Shown one piece after another: positions 34,964-48,333 of a stretch of 64,000 bases of DNA (within the stretch, counting starts at the first letter, position 1; each line of letters opens with the position of its first letter). A program made the translations under genes and the position numbers. The stretch comes from Hormiphora californensis (taxonomy: Eukaryota > Animalia > Ctenophora): the NCBI GenBank assembly GCA_020137815.1, contig CM035358.1:372001-436000 (forward strand). The letters are read 5' to 3'. Under the pieces are notes generated by a model that was given only the letters and a program-made list of their open reading frames with translations, was not told the DNA's origin and did not search any database.

Positions 34964-36167
34964 TCTCGTTTATAACACCTGTAAATATAGGGGAAAAGTT
35001 ATGGATCTAGAAAATTGTTTTCTCCTCCATATTGTGTTTGAATTGTTTTAAGAACTCAATACTTATCCATGCTTTCAGTATAATTTATACTTTATACTAT
35101 AAAGTTAAACGGGATTCTTTATTGTATGGGGTATGTACAAGGATAAAAGTCCTCTTAAATTTGGTTGAATTGTCCATGCGGACACAATTTCAATTGAAGT
35201 GTCAAGCGACTTAAAATTTCAAGCGGCTCAAAAATTTGGTACAATATGTTATTAAATCTGACGTCCAATATATGATCCGAATGATGTTACATATCGCGAA
35301 GGCATATTATAATATAATTTATATGGTCTGCAGCCGAACAATATAAAATAGAAGAATAGATTGAAGAATAAAGTTCAGTTGATTCACTGAATTTAGTGAG
35401 GGACCTCCACCCCAAGAGTAACTGCACCACTCTCCTAATTTAAAAGTTTTAATGGGGTTTCCAACTGAATCTCAGCTACAGTTATGCAGTATTGAGAGAC
35501 ATTTTTCTTACATAAGACTGTCCTCTATCCGCACCGGGTCGAAGGACAAAGAATTTCATATGTTTCTAACTTTCTTGATTTAATTTCAAAAAGTGTCACC
35601 CCAAGAAATTTAAGATAATTGTGAGCTTTTCAACGGGCTCTGCCTCACCATTTTATTCCGAATCCGGTGGCGTGGTGTTGTGAGATTATGAAATGAAGCT
35701 ACGCTATGCAATGCAATTCAACGAGTTCTAAGGGTCATCTTACCCTTGCGTTGTGACTGCAACAAGCAGTTGCTGCAGGATACTCCCAGCTTGTAATTAA
35801 ATTAGTAGTATTAGTAATATCAATTACTCTGCAACAATTCTATTATATCCACCTCATTCGAACAGACAGTGCATTTAAACCGTGACTAGGAAAATAAAAC
35901 AAAATGAAATTGTTTCAAGTCGACCTTTTAGTCTCAACATATATAGGACTTGCACTGAACCTCTTTCAGGAAGCCAACCTAGCCCGATTTGAGCTTCACT
36001 TATCACATTAGCAAATAAGTCTTGGAACGCCAAAACAGTAACATAGAGTAAGCATGACAAAGAAAAACGTGTAGTAAATGCACGGGTAAAGTGTACATGC
36101 TTTCCATGGAGTACGACTGGAGACTGGCAAATTTGTAGTGTATTGATTCAACCCATACAGTGCTTCC

Positions 36168-36204
<37 letters not shown>

Positions 36205-39200
36205 CTCTCTTTCTCTCTTTCTCTCTCTCTCCCCCTCTCTCTCTCTCCCTATATTCTTACCTATCTATTTTATTCTCCCTCAGTCTCTCGATATAATACT
36301 TGCTTTCTCTTGGTGCCGTGTCACTGCAAACAATTGCAGCACGTGCCCCTAGAGAGAGAACAAAGATGCCAAGAAGCACGTGGGGTTGTGTGCGAAGTGC
36401 TGCTGCATCACTGGATAGTTAATACCAACTGGAAAATGGGGAGGTATAATGGTCACAGAGTTCGTGGTGGTACTGGTTCTCCCAGCAGGTCTTGTAGGTA
36501 CACAGCTTCCCCCGATATAACAGCTGATATATATCGAAGCAGGATCCTTAATGATGAGATATTTCGAAAATGTTTTTTGCTTTAGAACACGGTGCACTGC
36601 AGGGAAACCAGTCGTTATGCAAAAAACAAAATTAATCTCGTTTGAGGACAAGCTGTGCAAACCTATATGATGAACATTAATCTTTTTGAGTTATATTATT
36701 AACGCTGCTTTTATAAACGTGATAAAACTATTGCTGCAGTCAAGGTGGCTCCCTTTTTAACAGTCCACCGCCACGAAGTTTTTTAGGGATCGAAGCCCAG
36801 CACTGAAACGTAGCTACTATGAACCATAGTGTTTAAATAAACGCCCTGCACCCACTCCCCACCCGCTTTAGTAAGAATGTCTTGCTTGTTTTTGGAGTAT
36901 GAGCAGTAATGGATGCCACCCCTCCCCCGACCAACAAGTATACAAGTATATGTCAGCCCCGTACAATTTATTCACTCCCTATCTTATATCGATTTTGTTT
37001 GGTGAGTAACTCAACAAGATTTTGTCGCTCATCTACGTCTGTCCTGGTCTTGCTTTGTTCTGAGTCTGAGCAATAATCGCCGCAAGTGTGACGAGAATGG
37101 CTAGTTTCTACCTGCACTCAGCACTGGGTGTTACTGACTGATAGATCGGATAGCTGGTTTCACCTGGTTGTTCATGTTGTAGCCCCCCTACTACTAGGGG
37201 GTGATATAGTGGGGAGGAAACCAGCTATATCTACATGGGTCGATAAAGTCCGCCCCGGGGCTATGTGATCAAACTAAGCGCCATGTTGAGGAGGAACTAC
37301 TGTCAAAAAGAGGTCATCATGTCCTTCAAAAGAAGGAGTTTGGGATCGGGCGAGCGATCTCTGATTTGAAAATAAATATTGTCCCAGTCGTTACAGTTTA
37401 TAATGAAGCAGTCTATATCATGAAAGCCCTCCTGAGAAGTGCAGTTCTCGAGTTGTATGCCCCAGAGAATCTGTTCATTTTCTACTATAACTATAAGTGA
37501 TCGTGTTCGAACGAAGATCTAAGGATATGGTATCTAGATATCTGCAATTAGAACAAATCGGGGCGCACGTTAAGACACGTGCGAGCATATCACATGGTTT
37601 CATATTACATGTTAACAATATATTCCTAGAATTCGGTCGCTATTATATTTTAGAACGCACGTAAACATAAATTGCTTTTATTTATGCGGTTAACGTAAAG
37701 TAAAAGATGGTGCATGATAACAGTTTGATTTATCTGAGTCGATAAATTCAGTGAAGCGATCAAGACTTTTAAATATCTGGTGCATGATATAAATGACCAC
37801 TTTGATTGCACCAGATGCTCTGATTCTTTTTAAAGAGTGCAGCTAAGTACTATCATATTGCGAATGAGCAATTGCTGTGTTATAGTGAACAGTGGGGTTG
37901 AAGGAAGTGGAGGCAGGGTGGGCCCCATTTGAGAGAAGAAACTGATTTATTTAGTTTAACCTGTAAATGATTGGGTGTGATTTCGACGAGGGAGAGGAGA
38001 TGCAGAGAGGAGAATATAAGGAAGAGGGGAGGAGAGTAGAGAGAGTGAAGCGAAGGAGCAGAGAGAAAAGAGAGCGCTAGACAGAGCGAACGGGGCGCGC
38101 CCGAGCGAGACGAGAGAGAGAGCGATGACACGAGCGAGGGAGCGAGCGAGAGACTCTCTCGTCTCTCTCTCTCCTCTCCTCTCTCGCTCTCTCTCTCTCG
38201 CACGGAGCTCTCTCTCTCTCTCTCTTCTCGCTCCTCTCGCCTCTTTCTCTTCTCTCTCTCTTTCTCTCTGCTCGATCACACACATCTGCAACCAACCTCA
38301 CATTAATATATTCTCAACGTTTCAAGAGGACCGTATCTCTAGCTCGTATCTCCATATTCTCGTTTTCACACGCAACCAGACCGGCCCCCTGTGGCGCCAT
38401 TATAAAAGCACTACAACAATTGTAATAGCCGTCTAATTCTATCGTATAAGACCTACATTGCATGACCGAGTAATGACTTCTAGGATTGCAAATATATCAG
38501 TGATGGTTTCAGTATTGGAATTTGGATCGTAATATAATAATAATAGTCAACTACACCTAATCGTAAAAGAGCTGAAATGGTCCCCACTTTATAAAGATCT
38601 ATGATGAGCGGCCAGCATTGACAAAGAGTTTAAGAGGAGAGTTGTAAGCTGCTTGCTCCCTCTTCCCCGTGCTCTGGGCCGGATTCCGCAAGAAGACCGG
38701 TTGTAGCACAAATGTAGGCGAGTGGAAGATCGGTTGTTGATGTAGTTTGTCAACAGTTTTCCGTAGGAAAACACGCTGGAAATTCGTTGATTAATTTTGA
38801 AGTTTTTGTGAACGAAATTAGAAAATTTCAGCGGAAGCCCTGCGTATATATCTCAGCCACAGCGAAACTACTTCAAGCTTGATTACTTTTCAAAAATTAA
38901 TCCAACTTTTCACAGTGACTAAGATTAACCCTCTTATCCATATCTGAAGGTGTTACACCGTGGCAACAGTCCCCATGCCAAGTACCAGGATTAGATTCCG
39001 AGGGGTATTTAGAGGGTGCAGGTCGCGGTACTGTAACAAGAGTTTCAGTAGGACGGGGTTGTACTTGTTTTGTTTGTTGTGTAACAATCCGCGTGTTCCC
39101 TGCATTCTGTTAAGGTAGTAGTTAGACATTAGAAAATAGATACCAAGAATATATTGACTATTTGATAGTTGTTGTGAATAAATACCGACGAAAATATAAT

Positions 39201-39879
39201 GTGAATGGTTTAAACAGTTTTTAGAACTACTTTTATTTCTGTAACCGAGAATATTATGTTCAGTTCTGAGTTTTAGATATATATCTCTCCGATAGCAAGA
39301 CCATTTGAAGCACTTCGTATCTACTTTATCAGTACTAAATCTTAGGCAAAACTATAAAATTCTGGCTTTTTCTGGCCTTTTCTTTTGACTTTTTATCGGC
39401 TCTTTTTATCTGGAATAAAGAAACTCTTGATAAATTTAAAACAAATCCATGAATATTTAAGCGTCAAATATGTTTTTTATTTAAAAACGAGCACTGACGC
39501 AGTGCCACATATTGGACGCACTGATCTCTGTTATACTGGTGACTAGCCAGTACTGCGTTGCAGTGTACAGTTTTTTATTCCCATGGGCTTTACTGCCAAA
39601 TTATATTTTATTGTAATGCAGCTCTTAGCAAATTGATGAATAACGTCTCGTTCGAAAAATGTTTAAAAAACCTGAGCCCTGGTGCTGCATGTAGTTAGAT
39701 CATCCTCCTCCCTGTTCTAATATTGTCATTCCTGAGAAACAACGTGCAGCAGATGACCATGCTTTGTTTTTAAAGTATTTCGAGGAGAGGGGTGAAGAAA
39801 GGAGAGAGGGAGAGAGGGAACGAAGGAGAGAGAGTGAGAGAGGAGAGAGAAAGAGAGGATGAGAGAGAGGAGAGAGGAG

Positions 39880-39917
<38 letters not shown>

Positions 39918-42806
39918 AGAGAGGAGAGAGAGCGACAGAGAGGAGAGACAAGTGGTGAGTATGCACACTTTCTAGATCACGTGGAGGACGAGCATGGAGA
40001 ATAATCCTGGAGGGGAAAATGGTGAATGGCAACAGCATAATAGAGTGCATGTTGAGTGAGAGGAGGGCAGGGGGAGAGAGGGTTAGAAGAGAGGGTAGGA
40101 GGAGACGAGAGAGGTAGAGAGAGAGAGGAGAAGAGAGACGAGACGAGAGAGACGAGGAGACGAGAAGAAGAGAGAGAGAGTGAGAGAGAGAAGAGGAGAG
40201 AGAGGAGAGAGAGAGAGAGAGACGAGAGGAGGGGAGAGGAGAGAGGGAGAGAGAGAGAGAAAGAGAGAGGGGATGGAGGGAGAGGAGAAGAATAGTGCGT
40301 GGATAATATTAAAAGTCGACACGGTGATACATGGTTATGAAGTGCAGTTTGTGCATGTTAATTCTCTCAAGATCATGTGTGTGAATGCTTCTTACTTCAT
40401 CAGAAGCTCCAGGGTGGTCGAAAGAGTCACGTGACTTGCGGAACAGACGTGGCTGCACGTTGTGCATTTATTCATGGTAGTTGTGTGCGTGCATTTGATA
40501 TATTGTGGTCGTTAGGATGAGGAAGAGTAAATGAGAGAGAGGGAGGGAGGGAGAGGAGAGAGAAAGAGAGACGGGGAGAGAAAATTGGGGACTGGGGGGG
40601 AGAGGGTGAGAGAGGGTGAGAGAGAGAGCGAGAGAGGAGAGAGAGCGAGGGGCCGGAAGATCTTGAAGCAAAGCCTAACCAAACGTACTTCTGTGTTCTG
40701 TTTGGTTGGCCCCCCTCCGAATATTTTTGTTTCTTTCATAGGCAAGCATAAGGTGGGATGTTCTAGTGAGGTTTCACTATATAAATATTCATATCGTGCC
40801 TTAGTTCGTTCATGTTTTTGGATGGGATCACTGTGGAATAAAATGACGGTGTGAGCCACACAATTGCCGGCGTGGGTGGAGAGTCTGCTCACCTAGTAAA
40901 TTAGATCATTAGTCTCGCTATTCAGAAAACATTTTGTTCCATTCAAAATAGGGATTGCGGCTGGAAAATGCTTGCCTTGTTCGACCCCCCCCCCTCTCTG
41001 TCTCGTCTCTTGCTCTGTCTCGTATTATGTCTAGGTCTGTCTATGAGTATGTCTAGATGGACTCTGAGCGATCCGAGATCTCTGATCGCTCTGATCTATC
41101 TCTCTCTCTCTATATCTCGCTAGCTATCTAGATCTCTATCGCGATGCGTCTTCTCTTTCGCTAGCGCGATATCGCTCTCTCCCTAGTCTCAGATCTCTCT
41201 CTCTCTCTCTCTACGCGACGCCCCGGGTTTGAACAAAACAAGAAAATACGACAGTTACTGACAGTACGCAAACAGACAAACAAACACCACAGTTTGAATG
41301 ATCAATACACGTACTGATATAGTCGTCTCCTCCGTCTAAATAGCACCATTCAGTACAGCCATTGCAGATGTGGTTGTTATCAGTCTTGGCACAGGCACCT
41401 GAAAATACAGGTCAACTTTTGGTACTTTTATATGTAGTTATCATTTGAAATAAAATAATGTCCCTTTTCAATTGCAACAACTCGAAACAGCGAGATGTGC
41501 TGTATCTAAATTCTTATTGCTGTTACTCATTAATACCTCTCACTAAGATTTATTGGATTATAGTTGTAATCCGGTTAAATAAAATTATAACCCCCGTCCT
41601 TGATTGAATAAACTGTGAAGAAGCCTTGATTATTTTCTAATCCCCATTTTATATTATTTGAAATACTATCACTGGTTCCTATCACCAAGACAACCTATCC
41701 TGGCACAGAGGGACTGAGAGAGGCATAAAATATTAGAATGAATTAAGGTTTCATACGTCCCCCCCCCCCCCCCCGCGGCCCCCCACCCCCCCCCCCCCTT
41801 CCCTTTCTGCAACAAGTCTTCTGCGTTACATGGTCACTAACTGCACGCTGCATCTACTGCTCATTCCTTTCCCCACTGAGTGCGCCCCCCAGTTATTCTT
41901 TTCTTTCGCCCATCTGCTTCCGCCACTGCCCCTTGCCTGCCCGGACGTAACCGGCCTCGCCTCCCCTCTCGATCGAGGAGCTGCCCTGTTCGACCGGCCC
42001 CCGACAATTTCGTGCCCCTGCGCCTCTCGGTGTCCGTAATCCGTTCTTCCCCGTGGCTTCCGTGACTCCCCTATCTTCGTGCACCCCGTCTTTCTCTTTG
42101 GCGTAGCGCTTTCGTTTCTTCATGACGGGGTGCGCTTCTTGACGTCCTATTATAGTGCCCCCACTTTTCTGCCTTCGTTGCTCCCCTCCCCCCTCAACTA
42201 TCGATCTCCTCTGGACTCCTTCGAGAGAGAGGAGAGATGAGAGCAGGAGAGGAGGAAGACGAGGAGAGGGAGGGAGGAGAGAGATGAGAGATAGAGAGGA
42301 GAGAGAGAGAGGCAAGATGAGGCGAGGCGAAACGAGAGAGGAGAGAGAGAGAGAGAGGGGGGGGGGAGAGAAGGGGGCGAGAGATCCCGCCAGTATAGAT
42401 CTTTTCCATTGGTGAAGAAAAATATTGCTTTTACAGAGACCCTATATCATGTACTACACTCACGCTGTACCGCATAATATTCTCTTCTCAACCGGAGCCG
42501 ATCTTTTCTAAGAATCAGACTCTTGCAAATTACACTAGAATTTGATAACTTTTTTCTGACCTAAGATATTGAGACCTAATATGATTGGATGGAAACACTG
42601 TTGAATCCTAAACATCTTATACAGTCGGACCCCAATTTCCCAGCGCAAAACCCTTTCCCCCGAGCATCCTGGTAAATGGAGGTCTGACTGTACTATAACA
42701 GCGGTTGGTTGCTTACCGTTGCATTGAGACCAGCACGCGTCTTTGTAACATCCATAGGTGCAGGCTGTCGCTCCGTCACACGGGAACTCAGATGGGGCCC
42801 AGGCAC

Positions 42807-43375
42807 ACTCCCAGAGAGATTCTAGGAAGAAAGAGTGGGGTTAGTGGGCTCCCAGAGTGAGATTCTAGGAAGAAAGAGTGGGGTTAGTGGGCTCCCAGAG
42901 AGAGATTCTAGGAAGAAAGAGTGGGGTTAGTGGGCTCCCAGAGTGAGATTCTAGGAAGAAAGAGTGGGGTTAGTGGGCTCCCAGAGAGATTCTAGGAAGA
43001 AAGAGTGGGGTTAGTGGGCTCCCAGAGAGATTCTAGGAAGAAAGAGTGGGGTTAGTGGGCTCCCAGAGAGATTCTAGGAAGAAAGAGTGGGGTTAGTGGG
43101 CTCCCAGAGAGATTCTAGGAAGAAAGAGTGGGGTTAGTGGGCTCCCAGAGTGAGATTCTAGGAAGAAAGAGTGGGGTTAGTGGGCTCCCAGAGTGAGATT
43201 CTAGGAAGAAAGAGTGGGGTTAGTGGGCTCCCAGAGAGATTCTAGGAAGAAAGAGTGGGGTTAGTGGGCTCCCAGAGTGAGATTCTAGGAAGAAAGAGTG
43301 GGGTTAGTGGGCTCCCAGAGTGAGATTCTAGGAAGAAAGAGTGGGGTTAGTGGGCTCCCAGAGTGAGATTCTAGC
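42807..43375. repeat. 41/43-bp G-rich minisatellite (GATTCTAGGAAGAAAGAGTGGGGTTAGTGGGCTCCCAGAGTGA)n; copies at 51190-51770 and 62308-62585
   Basis: About 13 units here, noisy in copy 2 and about 6 units in copy 3. Confidence 0.9.
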
Positions 43376-43782
43376 GAAAGTAGTTACAATTCAGGAGGCT
43401 TCCAGGTAGGTGTCTGATCCCAGGGAGATTCAAAGGAAGGGGTCAGAACAAAAGGTGGTGAGATGGACATACACAATGCAGAGCGAGACAGAAAAGGTCA
43501 TTCATAGAAAATGGGGCATAAAGTAACTTTTGAATTGAAAATGGTAAGTTAGGGCAGTCGAGAAATCATGGCTGAGAACATATATTATATTTGGAGATGA
43601 ATGACAATCTCAAAGCACTTGTATCTTGTATGAAGTTATCCCAATTCCCAATTTCGAAATCCACCCGAGAGCGAATAAATTGTTTTTCATGAGCGTTCAC
43701 ACATGTGCAAAGTGGATTAGCTTCAGTTTTGCATGCCCTCTCAGTGAATCAGGTCCACCCTAGTATACAATTTATAATATAC

Positions 43783-44610
43783 CATCACTGCGCTGGCAAG
43801 CGCAAAGGTTGCCATTCCCCCTCCCCCCAAAAGCGCCGCCAGAAACGCAGTTATATGTTTTATGGGTGTTTTGCCTGAAAACCTAGATTTCAGAAGGTTA
43901 TAGCGTGGCTCTCTTTCATCCGTTTGACTTGAAATTTGGAATGTATACCCAGCTTGCTGCTTAGGGTCTTTGATTCAAGTTTAAAATTTCAAGTCTCTAT
44001 CTCATCTGGAACCGAAGTTACATACAGGTCCCATTTGCCCTAGTCATTCAGTGTAACACATATGCGTGCATGTACGCGCGTAGGAGAGACGCTTTTTATA
44101 AACCATATTCACGCCAAACGAAAAGAGATAGAAACTTCTCGTTTTCACAGCTGGTAGACCTACTGAATGTGTGTGCATTAGTCGATGTGAGGTCCCTTTT
44201 CATCGCCAGGAACGTCCTACAGAACGTCTTAAAGTCGTCATTTTTCAGACTCTGACTAAAATTCTTTGAGCTCATTTTACACCCTGAAGACGGATTCTAA
44301 TCAAAAATCGAAGACTATATCATAGAAAGAGAATTGTCTGAACTTTCAGAAACTATATAGCGAATTTTCAAAACTAGACGTATAAGGGTCTTAAAACGCG
44401 TCTAAAGTGTTATGACTGTTTAAAAATAGATATGACGATATGGGTTTTTTCGCCATAGCGGACTCAAATCTCATCCAATCGATCTCAAACTTGGTCAGTA
44501 TCTTCATCTAGGTAATCTCGATGATATGACGTCATCATTATGACGTCATAACGACGTGACGTCATTTTATGACGTCAAAATGAAAATTTTGCAAATTGGT
44601 GATTCCATCC
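43783..44610 (-). mobile_element. Helentron-like repeat related to 23972-24800
   Basis: ATCACTGCGCTGGCAAGCGCAAAGGT terminus and four TGACGTCA at 44527-44577. Confidence 0.6.
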
Positions 44611-44664
44611 TCTCCTTACCTGTTCTACTACATCTAAATGGATAAAAAATCCCAAAAAAGAAGC

Positions 44665-44874
44665 AAATTATACCAAAACTAATTGAAATTAGTAGGCCGG
44701 AAAGGTTGCCCTATGATTTGAGCTACCTTTGGCACCAGTACATTCCCTTTTGAAGATAGAAGAAGCATCGGTTATACCCTGTCTGTACCCCGTGAATGTT
44801 ACGGTGGCAAAGGTAGCTCAAATCATAGGGCAACCTTTCCGGCCTACTAATTTCAATTAGTTTTGGTATAATTT
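44665..44874. repeat. Inverted repeat with ~70-bp arms and ~65-bp spacer (copy at ~53052-53251)
   Basis: AAATTATACCAAAACTAATTGAAATTAGTAGGCCGG... / ...CCGGCCTACTAATTTCAATTAGTTTTGGTATAATTT. Confidence 0.8.
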
Positions 44875-44965
44875 AAGTATACTATCTTGCACGTTCCAGA
44901 ATATTAAAGCGAGAGTGGACCGACACAGAATTCTGTGTCGGTCCACTTTAAATTGTCGGTTCCGT

Positions 44966-45107
44966 CCCTACTAAAATATAGTTCGACGCGACGCGACGCG
45001 CGATCGATGAACGATCGATAAACGATCGATATCGATCGTTTATCGATCGTTTATCGATCGCGCGTCGCGTTGCGTGACGCAATGCGTCGAACTATATTTT
45101 AGTAGGG
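44966..45107. mobile_element. Palindromic CpG-rich MITE, CACTA/CMC-like (copy at ~53339-53478)
   Basis: GT|CCCTACTAAAATATAGTTCGACGC...GCGTCGAACTATATTTTAGTAGGG|GT; CMC terminus with a 2-bp TSD. Confidence 0.6.
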
Positions 45108-45382
45108 GTAATACCCCGTTGATACTTCCACTCGCATAGCAGAATAATTATGTTTTCTCTTTCCTAAAGTAAATTCGTGTCTTCCCTATTTCCCTCACTC
45201 TCTCTCACTCTCTAAATTCTTCTTTTGTTTGCTTAAGGTCATAAGGAACCTCCCATATTATTCCAGAGTTATTCAGGGTGTTTTCATTTCTAGTTCGACC
45301 CTGCCTCCCCGCCGGAATTCTACCCACGAACACTGCCTATATAAACATATAATATCGCATATTATATGCCTTGCTGTATTAA

Positions 45383-46686
45383 GGGTACACCTGGCGTTTT
45401 TCATCATCGAGTGCCCAACCAAATGACTTCACCAGGGTTTATGTCATACAAAATGGACCTCAAATATGCAATTTTAGCCCTAAAGTCGAATTCATATTTT
45501 TGCTACAGCCTATTTTCAAAGTGGCGTTTTTTCAATTTTTGTTGGAATTTTTAACCTCAGGACCACTTTTTTTGAGATAGAAACATTAAATTCTTGAAAT
45601 TTGAAGAGAATATAAAGGTGAATAAGCCCAAAGAAGGATTTTTGAAATGGAGCTTATTTCTGGCCATGAGAAGGGTTTACTTTTTTGCTTCTTTGACACG
45701 CTGGCTGAGAATGTTCCCATGCTTCATTAGAGATGAAAATCTGGAAATAGTTGCTCAAAACGATTATCTATGTGGCCCAAAAATTTTGGAACTTTCCCGC
45801 CAAAGATGTGGTGTACAGAGCTTGTTTTGTGAAACCCGTCTTTTTAAAAAAGAGAGGAATTCCCTGTATCTCCAAAACGGATGATCGTAGAGACCTGGGA
45901 CCAAGCTTAATCGATTCAGAAGGTCCGATTTTGGGGGGGTCTTCTGAGAGACATTTTGCTCCTACTCCAACCGTTTTTGCTGTAATTGCGAAAAAGGTAT
46001 CAGCAAGTAAGGGGGAAATCAGCCCGAAGCAGGCTACTGGAATAGAGTTGTTCCCCCTTTTCATAGAATTGGTTTTTTGCAATTACAGCAAAAACGGTTG
46101 GAGTAGGAGCAAAATGTCTCTTAGAAGACCCCCCCCAAAATCGGACCTTCTGAATCGATTAAGCTTGGTCCTAGGTCTCTACGATCATCCGTTTTGGAGA
46201 TACAGGGAATTCCTCTCTTTTTCAAAAAGACGGGTTTCACAAAACAAGCTCTGTACACCACATCTTTGGCGGGAAAGTTCCAAAATTTTTGGGCCACATA
46301 GATAATCGTTTTGAGCAACTATTTCCAGATTTTCATCTCTAATGAAGCATGGGAACATTCTCAGCCAGCGTGTCAAAGAAGCAAAAAAGTAAACCCTTCT
46401 CATGGCCAGAAATAAGCTCCATTTCAAAAATCCTTCTTTGGGCTTATTCACCTTTATATTCTCTTCAAATCTCAAGAATTTAATGTTTCTATCTCAAAAA
46501 AAGTGGTCCTGAGGTTAAAAATTCCAACAAAAATTGAAAAAACGCCACTTTGAAAATAGGCTGTAGCAAAAATATGAATTCGACTTTAGGGCTAAAATTG
46601 CATATTTGAGGTCCATTTTGTATGACCTAAACCCTGGTGAAGTCATTTGGTTGGGCACTCGATGATGAAAAACGCCAGGTGTACCC
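45383..46686. mobile_element. Second Kolobok-like foldback element (diverged subfamily)
   Basis: TTAA(45379-45382)|GGGTACACC...GGTGTACCC|TTAA(46687-46690) with ~610-bp arms and an ~80-bp spacer. Shares GACCTCAAATATGCAATTTTAGCCCT and TCGAATTCATATTTTTGCTACAGCC with 1849-3126. Confidence 0.87.
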
Positions 46687-47422
46687 TTAAGTTGTGTTAA
46701 TAGATCTTCCCACCCTCCGTTATAGGATATTCCCCATTAGGTTACCACTCCGGTTAACGGGATTAAAATGCAAACATTCCTAAGTATATACCTAACTCTC
46801 GACCCAACAAGCACACCTACCGGGTAGGCCTCCACCTCCCAGGGTGCAGCTCTCTTTGATTTAAAATTTAAAGCTGAATTTTGTTGCCATGGCAACTGAA
46901 GCGGTAACTATAGAGACTGAATTGTTAAAACTTATTTGAAACTATTCACAACCTTCCAGAAGAGTGCTTTACTTGTTTGGGCGCATATTTGTTGATGAAG
47001 GATCACTGTTCCTTACCAAACGTATCGTACGTGTTCAGAAATGCCAGCCAAACGTGATTGACAGCGAACCGTTACCATGGAAGAAACACGGCGTGGCCAA
47101 TAAAGGAAACTGACCGCATATAGCAGTAAAAAATGAGCCCAGCTAGGTTGTTACTTGTTATACCGCCGATATCGAACCTCAGGAGAACCTCACTCAAAAC
47201 ACAGCAGCTGCTTGATCGTGTGGACACGTAGCACTATATGATAATATAGTGCTCATAGTGCTCAGCAGCACGCGGTCAACAACAAGGCACGTGTTGCCTT
47301 CTCTCTCTCCACGCCCCGGAACAAAACATGGTTGCACGTGGTGATCTGCGGAGTATAGTGCACCCCCCCCCCTATTCACAGTCCCACTGAACACGTGTCT
47401 GTATTGGTCCCCCCTCTAGATC

Positions 47423-47448
47423 TTGTTGAGTAAGGGGGAACTCAACAA
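47423..47448. mobile_element. 26-bp micro-element with 8-bp TSD (same termini as 19229-19268)
   Basis: TCTAGATC|TTGTTGAGTAAGGGGGAACTCAACAA|TCTAGATC. Confidence 0.7.
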
Positions 47449-47870
47449 TCTAGATCAGGGAGCTCCATTATGAAAAATAACTGCAGGTGCATTGAATAGT
47501 CATTGCACCCCCCATTAGCCATTGTAAATAGATCTATGTGGAAGTAGTGAAGACTGTGTTGACCAACAGCTGTTGTACTTAAGACATGCTGTATAGAGGC
47601 TCGTGCATTTTTCTAGTGTGCGTTAAACTCGAACTATTTCTCCGCTATCACTCTTGGAGAGGTCGGGGACTGGGTCTTTATAAACCATTTTAGAGCTTTC
47701 TTCGACATGCTCTAGTTTAGAGGTTCTAAATCTATTTAAACTCTATTTAATGAAAAATTGACTGTGCTCCAATTTCTAGGAAAAAGTTCGGATATAAGAA
47801 CCAGACTATGTCTATTTCATTCCCCGCTACGCAAGCCTATTCCGTGGGAAGCTATAACGGACCGGCGTAC

Positions 47871-48278
47871 TAAGCGTCAAATATGTTTTTATTAAAAACG
47901 AGCACTGAGCAGTGACCACATATTGGACGCACTGATCTCTGCTTATACTGAGTGACTAGCTCAGTACTGCGTTGCATGTGGTACATTTTATTATTCTATG
48001 GTTTACTGCAAATTGATATTTATGTGTAATGCAGCTCTTAGCAAATTGATGAATAACGGTGCTCTTCGAAAAATGTTAAAACCCTGAGCCCTGGTGCTGC
48101 ATGTAGTCAGATCATCCTTCCTCCTGTTCTAATATTGTCTTCCTGAGAAACAACGTGCAGCAGATGGCCATGGCTGTTAAATATTTCGAGGAGAGGGGGA
48201 GAAGAGAGAGGGAGAGAGGGAACGAAGGAGAGAGAGTGAGAGAGGAGAGAGAGAGAGGAGAGAGAGAGGAGAGAGGAG

Positions 48279-48333
<55 letters not shown>

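Larger units (their letters stand above)
38435..45391 (+). repeat. ~7-kb segmental repeat unit, copy 1
   Basis: 39460-45391 matches 47871-53762, 38435-39458 matches 53768-54724, and 39443-43470 matches 59417-62680. Confidence 0.9.

Noticed and set aside
36160-36660. ORFs of 141 aa (+) and 103 aa (-) as a gene
   Set aside because: The plus ORF begins in a microsatellite, and I found no recognisable motifs or consistent exon chain.
41344-41402. VVISLGTG as a patatin motif
   Set aside because: It is followed almost immediately by a stop, is not conserved in copies 2 and 3, and no other patatin motifs were found.
41830-42415. Pro/Arg-rich ORFs duplicated at 50199-50913
   Set aside because: Low-complexity, garbled-looking sequence that is absent from copy 3; likely a consensus artefact.
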